A stretch of 64,000 nucleotides of DNA from an uncultured bacterium (GCA_965369655.1 CBDUQR010000004.1:1-64000), one strand, 5' to 3'; shown: positions 1 to 10,514, counted from the stretch's first letter. Numbers and translations are program-made. The notes: generated by a model from the letters alone, not told the origin.

Positions 1-80
1 AAGCCGATATGAAAAACAACCCATAATCACCCACTCACTTTGGAGATGAGCCAATCTATTTGACAAGACAAACTGAGATT

Positions 81-111
81 GAACCGGTTCGGTTGGGACC
101 GGTTCTTTCTT
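81..111 (+). terminator. Probable intrinsic terminator of a gene upstream of or at the window edge
   Basis: GAACCGGTTC-GGTTG-GGACCGGTTC hairpin followed by TTTCTT. Confidence 0.55.
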
Positions 112-145
112 GCTATTTGGATTATATGTATGCTTGGCTTTCCCC

Positions 146-263
146 GTTGTGTCGGGTCTTGATCCCGCACGAGCGGGATTGTGACCTGACACGCAAGTAC
201 GCACCCAACAAAGGCGGCAGGTCACACAAATCCGTCGTCACGGATTCGCAAGACCTGCCGCAA
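146..263. repeat. Double-hairpin (REPIN/MITE-like) element, copy 1
   Basis: GTTG...CAAC ends and two imperfect hairpins. An inverted homologue lies at 6426-6546. Flanked by the 15-bp direct repeat ATGTATGCTTGGCTT (126-140, 271-285). Confidence 0.75.
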
Positions 264-348
264 CTACGTAATGTATGCTTGGCTTACTACTTTTCCTGCA
301 TATATTGTTCAACAACGCATGAAGATCATGAAGTAGCTGCGGAGCCAG

Positions 349-2622
349 ATGACCAGATCACGAAAAGTATCGAACAGGAAGAACCGAGTCGGCTGGCAGG
401 TCCATCGTATGTGGAGATCAACGCGATTGCCGCTCCTTATGATTGCAATCGCATTGCTGCCGAGGTTGCTGGTTCTGTTCGAACTGACTGACTCACCGCT
501 CTTTTACTATCCGGCGATCGACAGCGAGACCTACCACAAGATGGCGATGAAAATCGCCGCCGGTGATCTTGTCGGTCGCACCGCCTTCTGGCAGGCGCCG
601 CTCTATCCATATTTCCTTGGATTGATCTATTCCGTGTTCGGCGTCAATATTCTGGCTGCCAAGATAATCCAGATGCTCATGGGCGCGTTGAACTGCTACC
701 TGATCTTCGCCGTAGCTGTCCGAGTTTTCAACAGGAAAACCGCTTGGCTGGCATACGCCGTTGTAGTTCTCTATGGTCCCTTCATATTCTTCTCAGTTGA
801 GTTGATGGCGCCGGTGTTGCTGAATCTCATATTGTTATCGACTCTGCTTGTGCTGCTTTCGTACGGGAACCGTCCGCGTGCCACCAAAGCGCTCGCATCG
901 GGCGCTCTTCTCGGACTGGCTCAGATCGGACACGGGCTGACAATCGCATTCCTGCCAATGGCAATTGGCTGGCTGGTTCTTGTCCACAGGCGAAAAATGC
1001 AGGGACTGAGCATATCCGCTAAGGCGGCGGGATATATGCTGCTCGGATTCCTCCCGCTGATCATGCTCACAGCGGTGCGCAATTATGCGGTCGATCGTGA
1101 GGTCGTGTTGGTATCAGCCAATTTCGGAGCTAATTTCTATCTCGGCAACCACCCCAACTACGACAGTACGACTGCTATCAGGCCTGGTCTGGAGTGGGAT
1201 GAATTCATTCAGGAGGCCGCGACGAAGGGTCACAAGACACCCGCGCAGTCATCAGCATATTTCACGGACAAGGCATTGAGAAACATCGCTGATTCGCCGT
1301 CGGCTTTCCTCGGCCTGCTGACTAAGAAGACCTGGCTGCTTTTGTCGGGCGAAGAAATCAAGCGCAATCTCGACATATATCATTTCAGAGGCTACTCGAT
1401 GCTGTTGAAGGCTCTGATCTGGCGAACTGGCATTGCATTCCCATCAGGGCTGATATTGCCGCTAGCGCTCACATGGATGCTATGTTTTTTCATGAAGCGA
1501 GACTCGAATGGAGATCGCGAGCGAAAGTGGTTGCTGGTTCTCTTTGTCATTTCACAGGCAGCCGCTATGCTCATCTTCTTCATCTCGACCCGGTACCGGC
1601 TCCCGATGATGCCGACAGCTATTGTGTTTGCTGCCGCGATGACGCTTCAATTAATCGATATGATCAGGCGTTCTCGTGTTGCAGCAGCCCTGCCATCCCT
1701 GCTGATTTTGTTCGCTTTGCTGTTCCTCTGCAACATCCCGAGATCAAAAGCGGATTCGAGAGGCATTGCCGAGAATGCATTCTACGAGGGTCTGGCATAT
1801 TCAAAGGCGGGCAATTGCCCGACGGCGATAGGCAAGTATGAAGCGGCACTCTCATCGACGCCGGACTACCCGATGGCGGAGTACAATCTCGCTCTCTGTT
1901 ACGATCAGATCGGAAAGCCGGAACAGGCTCGCGAGATATTCGAGAGAATTGTCGCCAGGCACCCGGAATCCTTCGTGACAAAGCTGGTAGTGGGAAACGC
2001 GCAACTCAATCGCAACAACCTGAATGAAGCTGAGAAGCTGTTCAAAGAAGTTCTCGATATCAATCCCAATTCAGTGGAGGCGCTTGCCAATTTAGGACAC
2101 ATCTACAGGCTTCAGAAAGACAGCACCCGCGCGCTGGCAGTCCTTCGATCTTCACTTGTGAAAGATCCCAGAGCCTACAAGGCTCACAATCAGATCGGCG
2201 CTGTCTATATGCAATTCGGCCAGCCCCGTCTCGCTGAGGCCGGCTTCCTGAGGGCATACGAACTCAATCGCTGCTACCCGTCAGCGCTCAACAATCTCGC
2301 AACAATCTGCAATATGACAAACAGGACTCGTGAGGCGAGAAAGTACCTGGACAAGGCTCTGAAACTGGAACCGGACAATGTGACTACATTGCTCAATCTC
2401 GGCGCACTTGAACTCAAACAGGTGAAACCTGACGAGGCATTGAGGCTCTTTGACCGCGCAGTAACTGTCTCGCCAAACATGCCGCAGGCTCATCACTACC
2501 GTGGAATAGCACTCCTGAGTCTGAGGAGGACAGCAGATGCCAGGAAATCGTTCAAGCAGGCGCTGAAGATCGACCCGGGATTTGAACCATCGCGGAAAGA
2601 ACTTCAGAAAATCAGTCCCTGA
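349..2622 (+). CDS. GT-C fold (PMT_2/ArnT-like) membrane glycosyltransferase with C-terminal TPR repeats
   Basis: Multi-TM N-terminus with DSETY and QAPLYPYFLG motifs and an RYRLP loop, followed by many TPR helices (e.g. AEYNLALCY, ALNNLA). Confidence 0.75.
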   Translation: MTRSRKVSNRKNRVGWQVHRMWRSTRLPLLMIAIALLPRLLVLFELTDSPLFYYPAIDSETYHKMAMKIAAGDLVGRTAFWQAPLYPYFLGLIYSVFGVNILAAKIIQMLMGALNCYLIFAVAVRVFNRKTAWLAYAVVVLYGPFIFFSVELMAPVLLNLILLSTLLVLLSYGNRPRATKALASGALLGLAQIGHGLTIAFLPMAIGWLVLVHRRKMQGLSISAKAAGYMLLGFLPLIMLTAVRNYAVDREVVLVSANFGANFYLGNHPNYDSTTAIRPGLEWDEFIQEAATKGHKTPAQSSAYFTDKALRNIADSPSAFLGLLTKKTWLLLSGEEIKRNLDIYHFRGYSMLLKALIWRTGIAFPSGLILPLALTWMLCFFMKRDSNGDRERKWLLVLFVISQAAAMLIFFISTRYRLPMMPTAIVFAAAMTLQLIDMIRRSRVAAALPSLLILFALLFLCNIPRSKADSRGIAENAFYEGLAYSKAGNCPTAIGKYEAALSSTPDYPMAEYNLALCYDQIGKPEQAREIFERIVARHPESFVTKLVVGNAQLNRNNLNEAEKLFKEVLDINPNSVEALANLGHIYRLQKDSTRALAVLRSSLVKDPRAYKAHNQIGAVYMQFGQPRLAEAGFLRAYELNRCYPSALNNLATICNMTNRTREARKYLDKALKLEPDNVTTLLNLGALELKQVKPDEALRLFDRAVTVSPNMPQAHHYRGIALLSLRRTADARKSFKQALKIDPGFEPSRKELQKISP

Positions 2623-2667
2623 TACCTTGCATCAATCAACAGCAATCATAAAATCGATTCAGATCAA

Positions 2668-3084
2668 TCACAAACGCCCGACTGATTTCTTCTTTTCCCG
2701 AGCCTTCTTCCTTCTCTTAGCAGCCTGCTTGCGTTTTTTCAGATAGGCTTCGAGTTCCTCGGGTGTGTTTATCATCACATCCCAGAATTGACCGTATCTT
2801 TCGCAGTTCGGGGGATTGTGATCCCTGCATTTGTCGGGGCGAGTTGAATAGATGTCGCAGAAGTTGTCCTTGTTGAGATACATGCACCTGCCTTTCACAA
2901 GCAGGTACCATCTGCGGTTTCGGATGTATATCCGTACCGTGTCGAACCTGACCTCCCACATCAGGTCCTCGATCTCGGCCTTCGTCTGAGGCGCACCTAC
3001 CCAGATCGACAGGTTCTGACAGCATTCGCCCGGACAGCCACGACATTTATTGAGAGTCATCTGTATCTTTGATCGGCTTTTCAT
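2668..3084 (-). CDS. YkgJ-family cysteine-cluster (CxxCxxxCC) protein
   Basis: CRGCPGECC, then C-MYL...C-DIYSTRP-KC pattern; basic C-terminal tail. Confidence 0.75.
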   Translation of the reverse strand: MKSRSKIQMTLNKCRGCPGECCQNLSIWVGAPQTKAEIEDLMWEVRFDTVRIYIRNRRWYLLVKGRCMYLNKDNFCDIYSTRPDKCRDHNPPNCERYGQFWDVMINTPEELEAYLKKRKQAAKRRKKAREKKKSVGRL

Positions 3085-3289
3085 AAGATGTCTTCCTTAC
3101 GCTTTGCGTACTTCAGCCAGACGCCGAATATAATCATAAATGCCGAGAGTAAAAGCAGAAATTGGAGTGAGTGCAGCATCACGAAATCCAATGGCAGCAA
3201 GAAATCCGTAGCCGTACAGCAGTTCATCGACTATCTTGCGTATCAACTGTGGCATATATGCCCTGAATCTGTTGCCGGTAGTAGGTCAG

Positions 3290-5866
3290 ATGCTGCGAGT
3301 TCTGCGCCTCATAATCGTTTCGTTTCTCCTTCTGTCAAATCAGTCGGGTCTGTCTATGGACAATGTCGATCGCGAGCGGCGCGACGGCTTCTTTCCGCGA
3401 TCTGCCGTAGTCCGCGCGCCCTATTCCCAGACCTGCACGCACAGAGCCAATAACATGCTCCTGACCGTATCGAACTTCGGTTTCTTCGGATCGATGAACC
3501 AGTTCTACCGGGACTGCGAGACTAACAGAGCCGCGCCGTCGTGCGAATTCCCGGCAGGCACTCAACTCGACTATTTGTATGGCGCGGGCTTGTGGATCGG
3601 AGCGATTGTCGGCAGCGATACGCTTGTTTCCACCGGTTGGGATGGCTGGTCCGCCATTCACGAGATGTGGCCCTGCGCTGATCCAGAATGCGGACTCACG
3701 CATCAGACAAGTAACCCGTCCAGTCTCCATTTCGACGAGTCTGCTAAATCCGATTTCGAGTATATAGCCAAATATACGGACACACTTTCCAGGGATACCT
3801 GGACTGGTGTCGACTGGGATGGTCGGAGGCATATTCCACTGAACATCGAGATAATAGAGACCAGCTATACGTGGGCGGTGGAGTACGCGCAGGATTTTGT
3901 CATAATCGACTACCTGATCAGAAATATCGGAGACAGGGTACTGAGGGATATCTATCTCGGCATCCAGATCGACGGCGATGTCAGCCATGTCCAGCGTCAG
4001 AGAGGAGCCTGGACGGACGATATATGCGGATTCATAGGGACGACGCCATCACCGAGATGCCCTGACTACCTCGACAGCATCAATCTCGCCTGGATCGCAG
4101 ATAATGACGGCGATCCAGCTCCTTCTGGTGAGTTCGACGAACAGAGCGTCAGCGGCGTTACCGGTGTCAGAGTGATGCGCACCCCCAGGGACAATGTCAA
4201 GGTGAGCTTCAACTGGTGGACGTCAAACGGCAATGCCTCGCTCGACTGGGGGCCGATGCGTCAGATAAATTATCGCAACTTCGGTACCGGAGGATTCGGC
4301 ACACCTGAGGGCGATGCAAGCAAATACTACATGCTGTCGAACGGCGAGCAGGACTATGACCAGGCACATGCGGCCATTGACTACGCCGAACTCGGCTGGA
4401 TGCCTCCGAGCGGCAGTATTGCTCATAGCATAGCGAACGGCGGTGACGCAAGATACCTTCTGTCAACCGGACCGTTTCAGATAGCCCAGCAGGATTCACT
4501 GCAATTCACTATCGCCTATGTCGGGGGCGAAAATATGCACACTGGTCCGGGCAATTTCGATAGGTACATGGGCGAAGGCTATGATCCGGACGGGTTCTAC
4601 GAAACGCTCGACTTCTCGGATATCAGCGAGAACGCCGTATGGGCCGGGTGGATTTACGATAACCCCGGATACGATACCGACGGCGATGACTACGCCGGTG
4701 AATTCACGGTTGTCGAGACGATCCTGCCAAACGGCGAGATCAGGGAGGACACAATCTACTGTACCGGCGACGGTGTCCCCGATTTCAGGGCGGCAACGCC
4801 ACCGCCGCCACCGGTGATCAGGGTATCGACGGAGCTGAACAGGGTGATTCTGAGATGGAACGGTCTTGTCAGCGAGAGCTTCGTCGATCCATTCACGAGG
4901 CTGCGAGACTTCGAGGGTTATCGAGTCTACGTTGGGAAACTCAAACTTCTGAGCAGTCTCTCTCCATGGTTTACGATCGATAAATTGAATTTCTTCCGTC
5001 TCTACTGGGATACGGATGAGGAGACATGGAGATATTTCGAGAACATGCCATTGACTCTCGATTCCCTGCGGGATATCTATGGCGAGGATTTCGATCCGAG
5101 CGATTACGAGTGCAGGGAAGATGGCACAGGATACGAAAGGGACAGTGTTGTCTATTGCTTCAGGGCGCCGGATTGGAATCAATCGATACCGGGATGGGAT
5201 GACGGCTATTCGAGTCGATTTGAGGGCGGAATCAAAAAGATATACGCAGATGAGATTGAGCTTGGCGAAGTCACCAGCGACCTCGACAGCAGCCTGACAC
5301 AGAACTGGGTTCGGGATATCGACCCGAGGACCGGGGACTCTATTCTATACCACAAGTACTATGAGTACGAATACGCTGTCGAAGGCATTCTCGAATCGGT
5401 CCCCTGGTTCTTTTCTGTTACCGCTTTCGACTACGGCGATGTGGCCAACAATCTTGCACCTCTCGAAAGTTCGCCACTGCGCAATGTCGTCGAAGCATGG
5501 CCGATCAACGATGCGTCGCATGTGTTGGATCACGATCTGAAGGTGACTGTCTACCCGAATCCATACATCAGCGATGGCAGTTACATAGCAATGGGATATG
5601 AAGACCCGACGCGAACCGGCTTTATTGACCACGAGCGGCGGATGCACTTCGTGAACCTGCCCCCCACATGCACGATCAAGATATATACCCTCGACGGAGA
5701 TCTTGTACGAACCATTCACCATCCCGGTCAGTACAGCGGCGCCGACTCAAAGATCGAATGGAACATGCGCTCCAGAAACAACGAATTAGTGGTCAGCGGA
5801 ATCTATCTTTATGTCGTAGAGTCTGAATGGGGTAACCAGATAGGCAAGCTGGTGATAATCAGGTAG
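3290..5866 (+). CDS. Large secreted protein with a T9SS-CTD/FlgD-Ig-like C-terminal domain
   Basis: Signal-like N-terminus from ATG 3290; C-terminal VYPNPY...IKIYTLDGDLVRTI...SGIYLY...KLVIIR. Confidence 0.7.
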   Translation: MLRVLRLIIVSFLLLSNQSGLSMDNVDRERRDGFFPRSAVVRAPYSQTCTHRANNMLLTVSNFGFFGSMNQFYRDCETNRAAPSCEFPAGTQLDYLYGAGLWIGAIVGSDTLVSTGWDGWSAIHEMWPCADPECGLTHQTSNPSSLHFDESAKSDFEYIAKYTDTLSRDTWTGVDWDGRRHIPLNIEIIETSYTWAVEYAQDFVIIDYLIRNIGDRVLRDIYLGIQIDGDVSHVQRQRGAWTDDICGFIGTTPSPRCPDYLDSINLAWIADNDGDPAPSGEFDEQSVSGVTGVRVMRTPRDNVKVSFNWWTSNGNASLDWGPMRQINYRNFGTGGFGTPEGDASKYYMLSNGEQDYDQAHAAIDYAELGWMPPSGSIAHSIANGGDARYLLSTGPFQIAQQDSLQFTIAYVGGENMHTGPGNFDRYMGEGYDPDGFYETLDFSDISENAVWAGWIYDNPGYDTDGDDYAGEFTVVETILPNGEIREDTIYCTGDGVPDFRAATPPPPPVIRVSTELNRVILRWNGLVSESFVDPFTRLRDFEGYRVYVGKLKLLSSLSPWFTIDKLNFFRLYWDTDEETWRYFENMPLTLDSLRDIYGEDFDPSDYECREDGTGYERDSVVYCFRAPDWNQSIPGWDDGYSSRFEGGIKKIYADEIELGEVTSDLDSSLTQNWVRDIDPRTGDSILYHKYYEYEYAVEGILESVPWFFSVTAFDYGDVANNLAPLESSPLRNVVEAWPINDASHVLDHDLKVTVYPNPYISDGSYIAMGYEDPTRTGFIDHERRMHFVNLPPTCTIKIYTLDGDLVRTIHHPGQYSGADSKIEWNMRSRNNELVVSGIYLYVVESEWGNQIGKLVIIR

Positions 5867-5913
5867 CGCTCTCGCGCGCGAGTTCGAGCGATGCCAGGTG
5901 AATAGATTTAGGG

Positions 5914-5942
5914 TTGATTTGACTCGCAGTTCAGGCTACATT
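5914..5942 (+). promoter_or_regulatory. Putative sigma70 promoter
   Basis: TTGATT-N17-TACATT upstream of the GGAGG RBS of the 5979 ORF. Confidence 0.4.
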
Positions 5943-5978
5943 GGTAGTGTAAGCTGATAGCCAAACACAGGAGGTCCA

Positions 5979-6344
5979 ATGAAAGTTGTAGGGTACCTGG
6001 AGGGGACCGATCCCAATCTGCTGACCACATTGATCGCAGAGGGATACGAGACGCTGCCGTTGTCGAATGGCTGGGATAATCATGGAAAGCACCTGACTCT
6101 CCTGAATCCGGCAGACAACATCGCTCTGGTCGTCGGGAATCTCCACAAGTTCGTTCGACTCGAAGATGCGAGCATCATGTCAGCCATGCTGGCGACAGTC
6201 AAGGCGTACGACATACCTGTTGTCTTCGTCGTACAAAAAGATCTTCAGGGCAAGGCGGCCAAATTGGTCAAAGACTCGGATCTCAAGTACAAGTTCGTCG
6301 ATCCGACAGAGTTAGTCAAAGTCGTGCTCGGAGATATCGCCTGA
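5979..6344 (+). CDS. Hypothetical protein (small alpha/beta)
   Basis: Strong AGGAGG RBS, core-like codon usage, followed by a hairpin. Confidence 0.75.
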   Translation: MKVVGYLEGTDPNLLTTLIAEGYETLPLSNGWDNHGKHLTLLNPADNIALVVGNLHKFVRLEDASIMSAMLATVKAYDIPVVFVVQKDLQGKAAKLVKDSDLKYKFVDPTELVKVVLGDIA

Positions 6345-6425
6345 CGCAGTCAGACACGAATCGATCGATATTATCAGGCGAGCAGGCATGCCGATGGAAT
6401 ACTGCATGTATGCTCGCCTTAGCTT

Positions 6426-6546
6426 GTTGCGGTAGGTCTTGCGAATCCGTGTTAGATGGATTCGTGTGACCTGCCGCTCTTGTTCAGCATGTGAGGGCGT
6501 GTCAGGTCACAATCCCGTTCACACGGGATCAAGACCTAACACAACG
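6426..6546. repeat. Double-hairpin element, copy 2 (inverted relative to 146-263)
   Basis: Reverse complement matches both hairpins of 146-263; flanked by the 11-bp direct repeat ATGCTCGCCTT (6410-6420, 6551-6561). Confidence 0.75.
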
Positions 6547-6588
6547 ACGAATGCTCGCCTTTATTATGCTTTGAAGCTGGGTCAGTAT

Positions 6589-7878
6589 CTACCATTCGGA
6601 GCGTGCGATGATAGTCGCGCCGATCGAGAAGAACAGAAGTCCGATCGCCAGCAGAATTATGACCGGATGCATCATCTCCGGCAGACTGAAATCGCGCCAG
6701 ATCGCCCCTTCGAGGCTGTAGATAGCCCACCTGACCGGGCTGATACTGCTCAGTGACTTCATCCAGCCCGGCATAAACATCACCGGGACCATCGCGCCAC
6801 CGATCATCGACATCACCATCAGGATCGACCATCCAGAACCCGCCACCGCCCGCTCGGTTCTGCCAAGCACGCTCATGAACATCATGATGCCGACAAAACA
6901 GAGAGCCGATGAAAATATCGCAATGACAAGCTGCGGAATATGCGACAGATTCACACCGAAGATAACTTTTCCGAACAAGAGCAGGACAACCATCACGCCT
7001 ATGCATGAGATGAAACACGCCACTCCCTTGCCGGCGAGAATATGCACGCGCGAAATGGGAGCTAACCTGAGCCGCAGGAATGTGCCGGTCGTCCGCTCGA
7101 CCACTATCGAAACGGCAAACGTTGCGACGCATCCGATCAATCCCCAAAGTATTGCCTGCGGGAACGATATATCATAATACGATTTAGGGTGATTCTTAAA
7201 TCTCTCACGTTCAATTGATTCGACCTCGATCTCGCCCATTACGCCACTGCCTTCGCCCTCATCTCCATCCATATCGAAAAGACTCTTGTCGGCCTCTCCG
7301 TAAAATTCTCTTACGCTGCTGATGAGCTTCTTCAATGAACTTCGCTGATCAGGAGACAGGTCGGCTGATGAATCGATGTTGGTTTCGGTGGATTCCATAA
7401 TCAACGTCATTCTATCTGCGTCCATCAAGCGTTCCTGGAACGACGCAAAAAGCATTTTCGTAAGAATCCCCTGCATATAACCGGCTTCGGCCTTGCGCGA
7501 TGGATCAATCCCAATCTTTATTGGCGGTTTGCCGCCGAAAAACGGACCGGCATACGCATCAAAGCCTTCCTCCAGAAGAACATACCCGGCCACCTTGCCC
7601 TTGCGAACTAATTGCAGAGCATTATCAAGCTCGGTCTTGACAACCTCGAAAGACTCAGAACTATCGAGCTCACTGACGAATTTGCCGGACCATTCGGTCG
7701 AATCCTGATCCACAACTGCGATCTTAATTGAGCTCGGACCGTCATCGCCACCGCCGGAAAATATCGAACCGAAGAATATCGCGAAGACGAGAGGGAAAAC
7801 TACTACCCAGAAAAGCCCGAACTTGTCTCTCCAGAGCAGCAGCAGGTCTTTGAGCGCTAATGTCATTATGCTTCTCAT
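6589..7878 (-). CDS. ABC-2 type exporter permease
   Basis: N-terminal TM, large extracytoplasmic loop, ER-GT-RL-AP motif, six-TM C-terminus; TGATG overlap with the ATPase gene. Confidence 0.9.
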   Translation of the reverse strand: MRSIMTLALKDLLLLWRDKFGLFWVVVFPLVFAIFFGSIFSGGGDDGPSSIKIAVVDQDSTEWSGKFVSELDSSESFEVVKTELDNALQLVRKGKVAGYVLLEEGFDAYAGPFFGGKPPIKIGIDPSRKAEAGYMQGILTKMLFASFQERLMDADRMTLIMESTETNIDSSADLSPDQRSSLKKLISSVREFYGEADKSLFDMDGDEGEGSGVMGEIEVESIERERFKNHPKSYYDISFPQAILWGLIGCVATFAVSIVVERTTGTFLRLRLAPISRVHILAGKGVACFISCIGVMVVLLLFGKVIFGVNLSHIPQLVIAIFSSALCFVGIMMFMSVLGRTERAVAGSGWSILMVMSMIGGAMVPVMFMPGWMKSLSSISPVRWAIYSLEGAIWRDFSLPEMMHPVIILLAIGLLFFSIGATIIARSEW

Positions 7879-8768
7879 CAGTCTCGCAGCCTCCTGCCTG
7901 TCAGATTGAGGAAGACTGTTTCGAGATCGGCCCTGTCGATTTTGGCACTCATGAACTGCAGGCCACTGCCGTTCAATTCGGCGAACATCTCCATCGGTCG
8001 ATCTGTCTCGATTCGCAATGTCGTGCCATCGAGCTTACCCGGAAGTGTCGATAGATCGTCGGGAATCGATTTCAGTTCTGCGGTAATCACAGACAGCCCG
8101 CCGTGTTTCTCGATCAGGTTGTCAACCGTATCGATATCGAGAATCTTGCCGAAATCCATGATCGCGATCCGGTCGCACAAACGTTCGGCCTCTTCCATGT
8201 AATGCGTAGTGTAGATAATCGTCTTACCCTCTTTCTTGAGGGTCTCTATCGATTCGAAGATCAGGTTCCTCGACTGAGGATCGACGCCGACGGTCGGTTC
8301 GTCAAGCAGGAGGATCCTCGGTTCGTGAATCAGCGCGCACGCGAGATTGAGTCTGCGTTTCATCCCGCCGGAGAATGTTTTCGTGAGACTCTTGCGACGA
8401 TCCTGAAGACCTGAGTATTCGATTGTCCACTCGACACGGTCCTTTAACTTTCTGCCGCGCAGACCATATAGTTTTCCGAAAAATCTCAGGTTCTCTTCGG
8501 CAGAGAGATCCTCGTATATCGACAATGATTGCGGTGAATTGCCGAGTTGCATCCTGACTTGTGGATCGGTCGGGTTACCTGTGCCATCGATTACGACCGT
8601 GCCGCTGTCCGGTTTGAGTACCCCGACCAGCATGTTTACGGTGGTCGTTTTGCCGGCGCCGTTGGGACCGAGGAGACCGAATGTCTCGCCCTTCTCGATT
8701 GAAAATGAGATTCCATCGACGGCAACTGTGCCGTTGTAACTCTTGCGAAGATTGCGGAGTTCGATCAT
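7878..8768 (-). CDS. ABC transporter ATP-binding protein
   Basis: Walker A GPNGAGKTT, signature FSGGMKRR, Walker B LLLDEPT; start set at MIELRNL. Confidence 0.95.
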   Translation of the reverse strand: MIELRNLRKSYNGTVAVDGISFSIEKGETFGLLGPNGAGKTTTVNMLVGVLKPDSGTVVIDGTGNPTDPQVRMQLGNSPQSLSIYEDLSAEENLRFFGKLYGLRGRKLKDRVEWTIEYSGLQDRRKSLTKTFSGGMKRRLNLACALIHEPRILLLDEPTVGVDPQSRNLIFESIETLKKEGKTIIYTTHYMEEAERLCDRIAIMDFGKILDIDTVDNLIEKHGGLSVITAELKSIPDDLSTLPGKLDGTTLRIETDRPMEMFAELNGSGLQFMSAKIDRADLETVFLNLTGRRLRD

Positions 8769-8982
8769 AGATTCAGCTTCTGATTCGCGCGTCTTATGCA
8801 ATACGCTGACTGAAAATAACCATTGCACTGTTCAATCACAACAAATAGATGACATAACTTACGTGACTGTGAGATGTTTGTTGCGGGAATGACGTCCACT
8901 GTGTTTGTGAGCAACAGGTGTCCACATCTGCCGCCCATAGGAACCGCATGAATGCTGGCGATCTCATGTGATGGTTATGTGA

Positions 8983-9630
8983 TCATTCGAGATCTGGGAG
9001 CACCTTCGTGATAGCATCAGCAACGTTCTTGCACTTTACTGCGAAAAGCTTGATGGACTCTTCAATATTCGCATCTACCTTACCCCTTCTTGAATCTGCG
9101 GGGGGCTGATCGAACGATTTCTTAAGCCACACGTTGAACTCTTGAGCGTAGTAGTCGCTCCGATATAGGAGGTCCAGTACTTCCTGCAGCCGTATTTGTG
9201 TCATCTGGGATAGAAGTGGGATAGTACTCATAATCTGTTGGGCGACCTGTGGATTTCCCAGATGCTCTCCGGCTGGATATTTATCGGGATTTGTGTGCTT
9301 CCCAACCCACGCATCCAGAGGTTCATTGTCAGGGTCAGTATTGAGCGCAGAACTAATAGCCCTTTCAAGCTCATCGTCTTTGTCAGGACCATTGTAGTTG
9401 GTCACAATCGGGCATGACCATGATATTAGCTTAGCATCAATCATCTCAAGGCTGGCACAATCCTGTAGAACCAAGTGCGCCGCCCTATATCTTAATCTCT
9501 CCAAAAGAGTGTGGAGTCCTTTCCTCGCTTGCCTAGCGGTGAGTCTGCGCCTGATTTCATCAACAACCAGGGGAACCGCAATGCCACTAATGAATCCCAG
9601 CCCCCAACCAATAAACAGCGTCCCGTTCAT
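8983..9630 (-). CDS. Hypothetical protein with N-terminal TM helix (accessory)
   Basis: 215-aa ORF, GGAGG upstream, AT-richer than neighbours. Confidence 0.65.
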   Translation of the reverse strand: MNGTLFIGWGLGFISGIAVPLVVDEIRRRLTARQARKGLHTLLERLRYRAAHLVLQDCASLEMIDAKLISWSCPIVTNYNGPDKDDELERAISSALNTDPDNEPLDAWVGKHTNPDKYPAGEHLGNPQVAQQIMSTIPLLSQMTQIRLQEVLDLLYRSDYYAQEFNVWLKKSFDQPPADSRRGKVDANIEESIKLFAVKCKNVADAITKVLPDLE

Positions 9631-9775
9631 CCTCCGTTACCCCTCCGTGATTGTGTCATACTATACAACTCCCGAAACAACTCCACAAACTTCACAAAAG
9701 CCAGCAGAGCAATTAAAGAAAACGCCTCGAATCTCAATTAGCGACTCGATCAATTGTAGGTACCTATAATTCGGT

Positions 9776-10156
9776 CTACGTGCCTGAGCCAGACTGGCGA
9801 TTCACCTTTAACCTCACCTCTTCCTTCAGTTCGTCAAATGTAGAGTCTGTGATGTTAGTGGTTTTCTTCCTCTGACTGCGGAATTCCGCACATTGTAAAG
9901 GCTCCCTCTTAAGATACAACGCTTCCGCAAGCAGCTTAATCAAACATTCCTTTTGCTCGATCGGACCTTGTTTGTACAACTCATGACTCACGTGAAATTG
10001 ACAAAGTGGAGGAATCACCTTCAGGACCTTCATGATACCAAGTCGTCCAAAATCATCATCCTCTTGCATTTCAAACACTTTGATCGATTCGTGCTCAGCC
10101 AAATTGGCCAACTGATCGACGGTTTTTCTGACATCATCGAGTGATTTCATATGCAT
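9776..10156 (-). CDS. Hypothetical protein (accessory)
   Basis: AAGGAG RBS embedded in the end of the upstream small ORF; start MHMKSL. Confidence 0.55.
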   Translation of the reverse strand: MHMKSLDDVRKTVDQLANLAEHESIKVFEMQEDDDFGRLGIMKVLKVIPPLCQFHVSHELYKQGPIEQKECLIKLLAEALYLKREPLQCAEFRSQRKKTTNITDSTFDELKEEVRLKVNRQSGSGT

Positions 10157-10160
10157 ACTC

Positions 10161-10358
10161 TCACTCCTTCTTGAACTCAACCACATCAACGTCTGCGAGG
10201 TTGATGATGGCAATCATTCCAGTCTTTCCAGCCACCATGACGGCTCGTGCGTCTGACGCCAGAGCAATGTTCTCTGCATTCTCGATCGTACCAATCGTGG
10301 GGCTTGTTGCCTGTGGTCCAGCCGTAGTGCGCTTACGTGTGAAAGTTACTGTTCCCAT
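10161..10358 (-). CDS. Small hypothetical protein
   Basis: AAAGGAG RBS; 65 aa, beta-rich; tightly coupled to the next ORF. Confidence 0.55.
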   Translation of the reverse strand: MGTVTFTRKRTTAGPQATSPTIGTIENAENIALASDARAVMVAGKTGMIAIINLADVDVVEFKKE

Positions 10359-10514
10359 GATTCACTCCTTTTCGAGATATATTCTCAATCCTCTTCTTAC
10401 GTTCTTCGATATCGATTCATCTTTGTGAGCCAGATCAGCGATAGCACGCTGGAAAGATAGCTGTTGTACAATCAGTGTCAAGCCTTTGGGGAGATTATAT
10501 TGTGCCCGGCAGAT

